NCBI GenBank assembly: GCA_051362555.1
Contig: CM120642.1
Coordinates: forward strand, 22,196,001-22,260,000
From: Lingula anatina
Lineage: Eukaryota > Animalia > Brachiopoda
Length of the DNA stretch: 64,000 bases
Direction: 5' to 3'
The notes beneath the pieces were generated by a model, which was not told where the DNA came from, made no database searches, and saw only the letters and a program-made list of their open reading frames with translations. Positions within the stretch are counted from its first letter, which is position 1, and every line of letters starts with the position of its first letter. Below, one piece after another: positions 38,301-51,006 of this stretch. The translations under genes and the position numbers were made by a program.

Positions 38301-41300
38301 ACAAACTCAGAATCTTCAGGAATTACAGTTACCCAGACACCATCCAGAATTTACATCCAAGTCCAGTGATGTGCAGATTCACATGTTTTGCGACGCTTCA
38401 GAGAGTGCATTTGGTGCAGTTGTTATGTCCCAGACTCCGTCAGTCAGACTTTACGTTAAAATAATGTCACGTTGGATAACGTGCTGGTTCTTGGGCCTTA
38501 GTGTTGTGCGCCCAGCTGATCCAATAAAACGAACAAGATTCTCATTTGACGCAAGTGGAAATTTAATATTGGCTTTTGGAAAATATACAGAGGTTTCTTC
38601 TACATAGTAACTGTCAGTCCAAAATGTATTATGATATCGCCAGAGCCAAAATACGATATGAATTCACCTTAAAACAGGACAGCCTTTATAGATCATTCAG
38701 GAATTTTAATAACTAGGAAGAAATAACACTTGACTGAGCGCAGTCCTTTTGTCTCAGGCTTTGCCCCAACTCAGTCACCGTGTTTCCTGGATCATCATTA
38801 TCCGCCCTAGCCTTCAAAGGCATTTCTAAATTTTATCTCGTGCCATGTGCCCTGGTCACGATCATCCCCGAATGTCTATCGACTGTCCCCTTCTAAGCTT
38901 ATCTAAGGATGTGAATATTATTTTAATTAATTATTTATATCAATTATAAAATACCCAAAGTGGTATTTTACACCGTGTCATACTTAAGATACCAAGATGA
39001 CAATGGAAAAATCCAGTGTCCATTCCTAGCTTCCAAGACTCGTGTAGCTCCATTGAAATCCCTCCCCATTCCCAGGTTGGAGCTACAAGGAGTAGTTCTA
39101 GCTTCGCGTTTGTCCCAGACACTTGAAAAAGAGCTCAAGCTAAATGTCACGTGCCAGGTCTATTGGACAGACTCAGAAGTTGTATTGAAGTACCTGCGTA
39201 ATGAGACAAAAAGATTTAAGCCTTTTGTTGCCAATCGCATAGCTGAAATTATGGACGTCACATCCAAAGAAGATTGGCATCACGTATCTTCAGAAAACAA
39301 CCCTGCTGATAGATGTTCAAGAGGGATGAAAGCCTCAGCTCTGGTGTCAGATCAGTTGTGTTATAAAGGAGCAACTTTTCTACATAATTCAGAAGGTGAC
39401 TGGCCATCTTTAATTCAGCCAATGTAAATTGAAGAAGAAGACCCGAGCTTAAGAAAACTTGCCTTACTATTCACAACACCATGACAAAGATCAGCCCATC
39501 ATCTACTGATTATGACTATTCCAGTGTTGTTGATCCATCAACTTATTCCTCACTGCATCACTTATGTACAAAGACTTCATGGATCCAAAGAGCGGTGAGA
39601 AGTTTTACGTCTGCCATTCCGAGATTCTCTCAGAAAGCCTCGAGACAGAGCAGTTTAACTGCTGCGGAATATGCAGATTCACTTCTATATTGGGTATATA
39701 GCTCAGTATACTTTTTTTCCAACCGAGGTTGCATGTTTGAAAGCCAATCAGCCAATTGACAAGAGCAGCAAACTTTTGGCTTTAACATCATTCTATGATC
39801 ACAGTATTGACTGTTTGAGAGTTGGAGGAAGGATATCTCATGCCAGCGTACCAGATGATGCCAAATTTCAGTTGATTTTACCTGCAGAGCATGCGATTAC
39901 AAGCCTTATTGCCACAGAAGTTCATTGCCGCCTACACCATGGTGGGCAGGAGCACATGATAGCAGAATTGAGACAAAAGTATTGGCCCCTTAGAGCTCGC
40001 TGCGTGGTGAAACGTACAATACGTAACTGTTTGACCTGTCAGAGACAAAGAATATTGCCCAAAGTGCCAATCATGGCAGATTTGCCTCAGTGCCGTCTGA
40101 ATGTCAGTCATGGTCCCTTTGCATGCTGTGGTGTGGATTACTGGGGTCCAATGCTGGTGAAGGAAAGAAGGTGCACAGTAAAAAGATGGGGCTGTTTATT
40201 CACATGTTTGAGTTCCCGTGCTGTACACTTAGAACTAGCAGATTCCTTGGAAACAGATGATTTTATACTGTGTCTAAGAAATTTCATAGGGAGACGAGGT
40301 CAACCCGCTGACATGTACAGTGACAATGGAACAAATTTTGTAGGAGCTGAGATTGAGTTATCACAGTGTTTATAAAGGATCTGCAGCAGGACAAAATTAA
40401 GCCCCCTGGGAATCAATTGGCATTTTAACCCCCCGGCGGCCCATTTTGGAGGGGCATGGGGGAGACTGGTGCAATCCATGAAGAAAGCTCTGAAGATTGT
40501 TCTGAAAAACACATTGGTGAGAGATTCTGTTCTTCGTACTGCTCATAACAGCCGGCCACTGACACACAACAGCCCAGATCCTTCAGATTACACAGCCTTG
40601 ACACCAAATCATTTTTTGATAGGCCGAGCAAATTACACTTTTCCACCAGCTGACTGCGACGACAAAGAAATCAACAGTAGACGCAGGTGGAGACAATGTC
40701 AAGTTGTGGCTGATCATGTTTGCCAGCGCTGGATTAGAGAATATTTACCAAAGTTAACCATGCGTAAACAATGGAAGACAGAGAGTGGAGCTGTGTCAGT
40801 AGGAGATCTTGTGCTTATTATGGAGGATAATGTACCCAGAGGTTATTGGGAATTAGGAAAGGATGAAAGGATTCGAGCAGTAGATGTGACAACACCCAAA
40901 CATGAACTAAGGAGCCCAGTAGCAAAAATTTGTATTTTAGAGGAAAATTCTAAATCCTAAGCTTGAAGTGCTTGTAACCTCTCAGCTTAGGAAAATTCTA
41001 AATCCTGAGCTTGATGTGCTAGTAACCTCTCAGCTTACCCGGTAGGTGTGGAGAAAAGCTGGATTTAGTGAAAGTTGCATTTTCATTTTTGCTTCATATT
41101 GTTTAAAGTGATTCTGACACTGTTATTACAGTAAACATGCATACTTCTGCAATTATCAGAGTCCGCATGATCCCTGCACCATTTACTTTGATGCTAGATA
41201 CATTCAGCTTGTTATGTTCTGTATTCAAGTAGTTAATGCTTGTTTACCCGATGCTTAAATTTTATGCATTGGAATAACTGTGCCATCCACTTACAGGAGA

Positions 41301-42222
41301 CTCTAAGATCATGCAGTGAAGTTTATGACATAGAGTCTGTGACATGCACATGAAAGTCTGTTGAAATGCTTAATTCTCTGCTGTTGATTATTGTTTATTT
41401 CAGACTTGCTACAGTTTAAATAAGAACTATGGACAGTTATCAAAGACTAGTACTTATTGTTTATTACTGAAGTCACACTTGTTGCATACCTAGCAGGGAA
41501 GTTAGGTGAATGCTTATGTATTGTTTTGTGCTGTTGCCATGTTGCAGTTAAATCGGATCAGATTACTTCAGTAAGAAGTTTACAAGTGTAAATGACACCT
41601 TTACATGTAATGTACTGTTATTTTTAAGATGTCAATGAACTTTGAAACCTTGAATTATTCATATAGTTACAGTATTCCAGTTAAGGTGTTACTAAGAAAG
41701 TAGTTACAAGTCATTGTTATAGAGCATACTCGTAATTTCTTAATTTGTGCAACATAGCCTGTTGTCGGGTTAGTTGAGATGTAAGACTCCGTCAGGGGGG
41801 CGGGTATGTGAACGATTGCGTTTGTTGCTCTTTTGTTGTTTATGTTATTGCACGCATTGCTTTAGTTGCGATTGCTTTCAGTTATACATGTAGATTATTA
41901 TGAGATACAAATCAATCCATGCTTCCACGCTTTCCACGAGTTCCAAAGTAGTGTGAGTTTTTAGTTGTTTTACTGGTATTTGTAAACTCTATTTATTTAA
42001 ACTTGTTAATTTAGTTCAATCATTTAGTTTGCCTTTTAAGTAATTTTGTTTTATTGTTTTCTTACAGTTCTGACCGCTTCGCTTCGCTTCGCAAGAATCG
42101 CTTCAAGCTACATGTACAACCATGCAAGCCGCAAGTCAGGCTTTAAAGAGAGAGAAATAAAACAGAAGCGCGTTTACAAAAACTTTGGAACATTCTTTGT
42201 TTTTATTTCTATTTCAACAACA
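35329..42222 (+). mobile_element. BEL/Pao LTR retrotransposon, full-length but mutated
   Basis: TG...CA LTRs 35329-35729 and 41807-42222, ATATG TSD, PPT before 41807. gag with CCHC knuckles, protease LLDSAS, RT WYLPHH / FYMDD, RNase H FCDAS, integrase GVDYWGP / SDNGTNF / GGAWER. Confidence 0.97.
38421..38972. mobile_element. Solo LTR inserted in the BEL RNase H
   Basis: TG...CA ends, TSD cagt/ccgt; removal restores FGAVSYLR. Confidence 0.85.
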
Positions 42223-42389
42223 ATATGCCTTAAGGTTAATTACCCTATTCTAGGTTTAACTTATCTTAATAAATAAATTTATTAGTTTACTTTCCTGAAA
42301 ATGCCCCAAATTTGAACTCATTTGTTACTTCACCCAAATTTACCTCGATGTGATACACTCTAAAATAGCATTCATAACTTATATATGTA

Positions 42390-43696
42390 TGTAGCCGTAT
42401 GAGTGTATTCTTTGAGAAGGGGGGTGAATGTAGCCGTATGAACGTATTTTCTTCACTTGTGTTCGTCTTTTGTTTTGTCACGTGGGTGTCATATTACTCT
42501 CTCATTCCCATTGGTCATCTTTCCCGCCTTTCGTCGCTTATAAATATCGTCGCCGCCCTTTTTCTGTCATTGTTCTTTGCTCATCGCTCTTTATATATTT
42601 ACAGGTACGTGGTCAATAGTTTAATTCTTTTATGAATATTATCATTATTATTATTATACTTATTATATATTAAGATTATAGCTATTAATAACATTATTAT
42701 GATGATCGCACATTGTTCTTTGCTCATCGCTCTTTATATATTTACAGATGGTATGGAATAAATAAGAACAAAGAGAAATAGACTTAGTTGCGAGCAGGGT
42801 ATTCTAACCAATTCACTAATGTTCAACCTTGTGTATCCACATCCTAAGAGAGCGTGAGCCAGAGCGTATCGATTGAAGTTGTTAGTTCATAACGCAAGAA
42901 ACGTTAGGTCTACTCTTATTTGGATGCTACCACTATAACTGATATGTGTGAGGCCATTACACCCGAATGAGTGATGTTTTCATGCAGAACACCATGAAAT
43001 CAAGCCACGCTGGCCATGATCTAGCCACTCATCATTTGTGAGGATAATATCAGTGTTTTTTTACACATTTTACACACTCATCCTACGCCATCTAAGCCTA
43101 CTGCCGCTATTTTATATAGTGGTCGCTGATCAGTAAATCATGTAATACAGTTGAGGATATGACGTTCAGACAACATCAAGGACCTAACTATACAATGTCT
43201 GGAAAAACAACACACAAACTGTGCGATCGGTGTGCTGTACATGTCCGTGTCTGGTGGAAATGAGTATACGTTGTTTGAAGAGACTATTTGAATCTGGTGG
43301 AAGCGAATATCATCCAGGAGTATTGGTAGCCTTTGTACATGTATGAGACTTTTTGATTTAATAACTTTTTCATGGATTCAGAAATGAAATGTTGGATCGA
43401 CATGGGACAATCCATTCGCTATGTTATGGAATTCGCACCGGAGAAGCAGTCTAGATAATTGAGGCACCAACCTTATATCCCAGGACAATATATACGTGAG
43501 TAAAAAGGCTTACAGAATCTAACATTCTAACTAGACTGTCTTAGTTCTTTGTGTGCATTGTTCACGTGTTGCGCTTGTGCTCACCCCGCTTATATGTAGC
43601 ATGTATAACAAAACAAAAGACGAACACGAGTGAAGAAAATACATTCATACGGCTACATTCACCCCCCTTCTCAAAGAATACACTCATACGGCTACA
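42390..43696. mobile_element. Non-autonomous long-TIR DNA element, Ginger-like
   Basis: TG...CA termini, about 88-bp TIR beginning tgtagccgtatgagtgtattctttgagaagggggg, 4-bp TGTA TSD; no transposase recognised. Confidence 0.7.
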
Positions 43697-44816
43697 TGTA
43701 GAGTAACCCTTCAGCCACAGAATGATACATGTATAAATATATATAAATTGTACTTATATCTTACTTAGATTTCCTACATTACTCAATTTCCTTTCCCCCT
43801 TTTTTTGTCATTTGAATTCAACGCCTTAGTAATTGCATTAGTCTTGGTCTCACCTACTATCCAATTAATTCACATATAACATTAAATCCTTAAAATGCAG
43901 ACAAAATGTACCATTCTCATACTGTAACAGCATACTTTAGGTTCCAATTATTTTGATATATGCATTTTATTAGTTTCTTTTCTTGATAATGCATCTAATT
44001 TGATCTTCTGGGATATTTGACCCCATTCTACTAAGACATGATTCAAGTTAAAATAACTTACGTTACAAAAATATATGTAGAGTGACAATTTAGCAACACA
44101 ATGGTGTATACATAATAGTAGCATCTCCTTTGAATTTCATATCATTAACAACTTCCTTCCCCTATCCTCATTTTAAATGTTCCAATTTTGTGACATAAGA
44201 TTAAAATAAACCACCATGGGACATTGATTTGTTCTGGGAACACCTACAAAAAATTTAACATGATGGATTAAAAAAATTTGTTTACATTGCTTATCAAGGT
44301 TTTGTACGTGAACCCCTTGTTCCAACCAGACTAAGTACCATCATTCATCACTGTCTCCACTAGCACAATATGATGAAATTTGTGGACATCGTCACAATCA
44401 TGTTGAGACTGACCCTAAGACCAAATACTGCAGCCTTAGTACTTTTGCATCTTCATTTTTTCATGATCAATTGTAACAAAATTTATCAAATTTCACACAT
44501 AAACATTTCCAAGTAATCATAGTAGTTTGAAAATATTTTTAATAAAACGGTGAATTATTTTGCCTTCACTTTGCTATTTTAAAACATTTTTAGCAACTCG
44601 CTTGTGAATTCAGTTCGCACACTTTGTTCGTGCATACCACTTCAGGCAAAAAGTCATTTACCAATCATTTATACATATGTATTAGTACAATTCCCCGAAA
44701 TTGCCCCAAATTTGAACTAATTTGGTACTTCACCCTTATCTATTTCAGTGTAATTCAATCTTAAATAGCATTTATTTAATAACTTATATATGTAGAGCGA
44801 CCCTTCAGCCACAAAA

Positions 44817-44858
<42 letters not shown>

Positions 44859-47724
44859 TACTTATGTCTTACTTAGACTCCCTTTTTTAAGCGATTTCCT
44901 TTCCCCATCCCATTTTCTGTTATTTGAACTTAACCTCCTCTTTAGTTATTGAATTAGCCATGGTGTCACCTTCTATAAAATTAATTTCCAAATCTCATTA
45001 ACTATTAAAATGCAGGCAAAATGTATTAAACATACCCGAACAATATATGCTATAAGGAGGTTCAATTTATTTAAATAAATGCATTTCATAACTTTATTTT
45101 CTTGATAATGCCTCAAATTAGATCTCATTTGACCTTTTACCTCATTGTACTAAGACATGACTCAAGGTTTAATGAATTCCATTAGACATATGTGTAGAGT
45201 AACCCTTGAGCTACATAATTATTGTTGCATCTTCTCAAAATGCCAAATTTTGAACAATTTCCTTCTGCTACCCCAATTTTTACATGCTCCAATTTTAGGC
45301 ACAGTGTGTGACATAACATTAAAATAAACCACCATGGAACATTGATATGTTCTGGGAAAACCTACAAAAAATTTAATATGATGGATTAAGAAAATTTGTT
45401 TACATTGCTTATCAAGGGGTTGTACATGGACCCCTTGTTCCAACCAGGGAATTATATCAGAGGGAATGGAAACGGGTGGTGGTGGTGGGGGGGGGGGGGG
45501 GGGGAGGGGGTGACAATTTCAAGCAATATCATTGGTCCTTATCAATAGAGAGCTGATAACAAAAGAACTCTAAGTGTGTTAAGGCCACGTAATTTAACAG
45601 AAACGAGCAAAAGCCAATCACAGAATACCTGGCCATAACATATGAGATGGGCACAGTCACGGATTTTTCGTGTGCACGTATGTGTACATCTTTTTCAGGA
45701 ATATGTGTACAGTCAGTGTACTGTTATCTGTACTGCTGCATTAGACAAATGAAGAGGATGATCAGCTCATGAGTAAAATAAGTTCCCTTTTTTACCATGC
45801 AGAAAGCTGTTAAAACGTTAGTTTGAAGTTGGTCTCAGTCTTTTTTATCTGTGAGCAGGGGGGTACTGTTCAAAATTTTCTTTTAAAAAGTGATTTTCGT
45901 CCGATATGTTTACATAATATGGTAGGATAGTTAACTAACGAAATGAGGGACTGCAAGTAGGTACAACAGTAGCTTTAAAGGCTGTAAATATATAAAAAGT
46001 ACACTGATGAAGAATACAGTGGATGTGGTCGTTTCTGCCATCTTGAAAATGAAGTCGTATGATTCTAGCAAATTTGCAAGTTTTCGGAAAATTGTGAGAG
46101 TGACACGATTTATCGAGTATACATACAGAAAACTTATTACTTCTGCAGTACTTTTGGGTGATAAGTTTGTCAACATCTTTAAAATATGGTGATAAATAAC
46201 CGTGACATGAGACACGTTCAGTGAGATCCAAGTTTGATGTCAGCACACACCATTTACACACCTTTCTCAGTTTATGAATCTTTGTATGATGAAAACATGT
46301 AAATGTTAAATTTTTTAAAAAAAACAAATATATATTAAGTGTGCATTGGGCTATGTTGTTCAGATTGTTATGCAGCTGTTTTAACAAACGAACAAGACTT
46401 ATATTGGACTTTGAAAATAAGGACACAAGTCACGTGGTTTAGACCCAAATTATGCCTTATTTAATTTGCACATTTTTAGTAAGGTCACACTTTTTTATTT
46501 TTATGGATGACATCCTCTGGGGACCCCGAAATCAGTGCCAGAGGGCGAAAATAATATTTAAAAAAAACAGTCCAAAATAAATACTGCTTATGTAAAGCAA
46601 TGCTGTCAGTACACAGCTGGAAACACAAATTCACCACAGAAGCACGTATCAAACTAACAATATGTCTTTATCCATGCTCTCAAAATGTAGAAAGGTAAAA
46701 AAAAGTCATAATTAGATATGCTGCATATTACCAAATCTATTTATTAATGTTATTTCATGCATTTTGTTGGTATAGCAATCAATAAAACAAATATCAAACA
46801 AACAGTGTGTCTAAATTTTTACTCTCAGAATATCAAAGCATTATGAACACTTCACAGAAATGTTTAAAAAATGGTGCAAAGATATGCTTAATACTACCAA
46901 ATCTATTAAAGGTCATTTCGGTCGATGCCATTTTGTCTACTTTGACTCACACCAAGCAGCCAAACTGTCGGGTGGCCTGTCCGACCTTCAGCCCACCAAA
47001 TACCTCAACACCAAATACCATAACCCTGGTATGTGCTGCTTTGGACAGAATGTCACTGAAATTTCCCGGGCGATGATCGCTGGCTGCCACCAGCATTTTG
47101 TATAATTATAAAATGGTGATATCTCCATGCCCAATATCAATGGCATACCAATCCAAAGCGATGCCCCCCCTTCTCTTTATGACTTTAATTGTCGTGTAAT
47201 TTGAAAGTAATCACTAAGATGAATTTGACGGCAAAGCTGACATATTTCCACGTGGCGATACAGAGGTTGCTGCTATCACAAAGAGATAGGGCATAGAATT
47301 TTAAATTGAAATAAACTAATTAAATCCATCTATGGCAACTTAGACTGCTGTCTGACATTTTATCCATATTATACAGTTGAAACCGCCATCAAAATCCTGT
47401 AATACTGCTACATGTACAAGCAAATGAATGTCCATAATACAGGTGTGATCAAGATTTTTTTTTCTGACAGTCTTCCAAATTATCTTTGCATCCATCCTCC
47501 ATTTTTAACGTCTTCTGACAGAAAAAAAACTAATACCCCATTCGCACTACGCTCAGTTATCCTGATAAGTTGCAAATTGGGTCACAATTCGAATAAATGC
47601 AGTAGTGTGAACGCAAGAGGATTTCTTTAATGCGAATTTTCAAAATCCTGCAAGCGAGGTAGATTTCTAAGCGCGATTCGATTTTACTTACCGGAATCGA
47701 CACCTGTGCAGATCTTACTGCGCA

Positions 47725-50261
47725 TAAATTCTTTTGGACTGATCTCAAAGAGCCCCTGCTTAGGTCACTGAATAAATCCTTTGAAGTACAGTCAATGTCT
47801 ACATCTCAACGTCAAGGTATAATCAAGTGTATACCAAAGGAGGGGAAGGAGAAAGTATTCCTTAAGAATTGGCATCCAATTACTTTGCTGAATGTCGATT
47901 ACAAACTTGCTTCTGCTTGCATAGCAGCCAGAATCCAATTACACATTGACGATATCATCTCTTTTACACAGGCTGGATTTGTTAAAGGTCGCTATATAGG
48001 CGAATGTTCCAGAACTATTCAAGATATCATCCATAAAACAGAAAAAGATGACATTTCAGGAATTTTATTAATGCTAGATTTTGAAAAAGCTTTTGATTCT
48101 GTAGAGTGGGCATATATTTTGCAGTGTCTTAAATTTTTTAATTTTAGTGAAGATATTCAAAACTGGTTCAAAACCCTTTACTCTAATGTTTCCACTGCAG
48201 TGGAAAATAATGGACATCTAACAGAATTCTTTAATGTCACTCGGGGTGTTAGACAGGGTGACCCTCTGTCCCCTTACATATTTATTATCTGCATAGAATT
48301 GCTCAGCGCGGCGGTCAAATTTGATCCAAACATAAAAGGGATCTTACTGAATAACTCAGAATATGTCATTACACAATACGCAGATGACTCCACGCTCCAT
48401 CTAGCAGATGATAGAGAGTCATTGAATGCAGCTCTGGATATGCTAGAATTGTTCTCTCAATGTTCAGGATTGAAAATAAATTTTGAAAAAAGCCAGGCTG
48501 TTTGGATTGGAGCAAAGCGCTGCTGTGGTGAGGAGTATCAAACCTCTAAAAGTATATTTTGGAATCATAGTGGGAAATTTAAACTACTGGGTATTTGGTA
48601 TAACCTAGCAAAGGATGACATTTATGAAGAGAATTTTAGAGAAAAATTACATTCCATCAAATCGTTGTTAAATGATTGGTCGTTCCGTCATATTTCACTC
48701 CTAGGTAAAGTAACTATTTTAAAATCCTTGGCACTCCCTACCATCATCCAAATATTAACTGTACTTCCTATGCCTGCTGATCATTTCTTTAAAGAATTGG
48801 AGCGAGTTTTTTATCGCTTTATCTGGAACAGTAAAATAGATAAAGTTAAGAGAAATGTTATGATTAATTCTTATGAAAACGGTGGATTAAAGGTCCCCGA
48901 GGTGAAATCCTTCTGTAAAGCTCTTAAATTGATATGGCTAAAGAAATTGGTAAATCCACATAATTGTTCTTCGTGGAAAACTCTTTTGATGGATGAGATT
49001 GCGGAAATCGGGGGAATTGACTATTGCTACTTCCATTGAAGGGCCTACAGTCTATACGTAATATTAATATACTAAATACTTTCTGGAAAGAGATTTTGGT
49101 AATCTGGGCTTCTGTTCAAGAATTCTCTGCTACTTCTCCGGATGATATCCTAGCACAACCTTTATGGGGAAATGATCATATTAAGATCAATAAAAAGATA
49201 ATCTTCTATAAACCATGGTTTAGAAAAGGTGTGCTTTACGTTAATGACCTGATTGATAATACTGGTTCAGTAAAAAGTCTAGACGTTTTTTGTGATGAAT
49301 ATAATATAGATTGTAATTTCCTTGACTATCAAGGCGTCATCAGCGCTTTACCTTCTGCCTGGAAAACTATTATAAGAGGGTATCAAAAGAACCTTGCAGC
49401 AATAACAAATAAAAATCTCGTATTATTAAAATCGAAAAACAAATTAACGAAACTTTTTTACCCGAAATTTATTTCAGATAAGGAAGCAATGCCTTTTAAC
49501 ATCCATGATAAGTGGAGGGGAAAAGCTGAACATTAATTTTCCAAGTGAAAAGTGGAAGCTAGTTCATGCATTGCCCTTTCAAGAAACAAATGATCATAAA
49601 CTTCTCACATTGCAATTTAGAATTTTACATAGAATTTATTTTAAGAATTCGATGCTTTTTAAATATAATATGTTAGAACATGAGCGATGCACTTTCTGTA
49701 ATGACCCAAAAGAAACTTTATTGCATATTTTCTGGGACTGTACATATGTTCAAGCTATTTGGACTTGTCTCATTCAGAACCTACGCACACAGTACTCTGT
49801 TGAATTGCAACAACAACCGTGCCTGTTTATATTTGGAATCCTGGACAACAGCCCTCTCTTAGGTATTAATCTACTACTTCTCTATATAAAGAAATATTTC
49901 ACTCTTTGTAGACAGAATAAAATTACACCTCTTTGGAATGCCTGCAAAAAGCATTTGGAAAAGCAAAAGAAAATAGATTTTCAATCTTTATACCTACTGG
50001 GTCCTCAAAAGGCAGATAATCTAAGAAAAAAATGGGACAGTATAGAAAAAATATTGATGTGAATAGAAAAGAACATTTATCGTAGCCTAGGCCTACTAAG
50101 ATTCTTTTATTAAAAAAAGTTCTACATGTATTTTAATCAACATTTGTAAGACCTTTATTTGCATTGTGTGAATGGTGTGTGGAAGGTGTATTTGTCTCTT
50201 ACTGTGTTGTAAATGTCCTGTATTAATTTTCGTGAATAAAAAAAAAAAAAAAAAAAAAAAA
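47725..50261 (+). mobile_element. Tx1/L1-clade LINE, 5'-truncated ORF2 with two frameshifts and poly(A) tail
   Basis: NWHPITLLNVDYK, LDFEKAFDSV, GVRQGDPLSP, QYADD, C-terminal CTFC...ETLLHIFWDC; aataaa and an A-run at about 50236-50261. Confidence 0.95.
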
Positions 50262-51006
50262 CTTTGAATGTAAAAATGGATTCATTAACCATTGGTTAGT
50301 TTGGGAAAATTGTTGTTTACTCCAGGAAAATTCATTTTTGGGCCAAAACGAAGAGTTATTATCCCTTTAACTAGCTCTTTAGTAACTGCATCTTCTCAAA
50401 ATGCCAAATTTGAACAATTTCCTTCTGCTACCCCAATTTTTACATGCGCCAATTTTAAGGCACAGTGTGTGACATAACATTAAAATAAACCACCATGGAA
50501 CATTGATTTGTTCTGGGAAAAACCAAAAAAAAAAAAAAAAAATTAAACATCATGGATTAAGAAAATTTATCTTCACATTGCTTGTCAGGGGGCGTACGTG
50601 AACCCCTTGTTCCAACCAGACTAAGTACTATCTTTCATCAATGTCTCCACTAGCACAATATGATGAAATTTGTGGACATCGTCACAATCATGTTGAGACT
50701 GAACCTAAGACCAAATACTGCAGCCTCAGCTCTTTTGCAGCTTCACATATCAAAAAACTATTGTAATAAAATTTATCATATTTATTAAGAAACATGTTCA
50801 AGTAATCATAGTAGTTTGACAATGTTTTTAATAAAACAGTGAATTATTTTGCCTTCACTTTACTACTTTAAAACATTCTTAGCAACTCCACAGTGAGTTC
50901 ATATGGCACAGGTGTCAGCAATTGTTATTGCGTAGGTCATGAAGGAAGACACAGTGACCAATCATTCATACTAAGTAGATGTAAGGGCTAATTGAAAGTG
51001 TGTTTT

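Noticed and set aside
43146-43500. Candidate cargo reading frame in the Ginger-like element
   Set aside because: Four stops in about 117 codons is not clearly better than chance and no motif was recognised; not called as a CDS.
45931-47105. Overlapping ORFs of 60-160 aa
   Set aside because: No recognisable motifs or splice structure; probably non-coding DNA-transposon debris.
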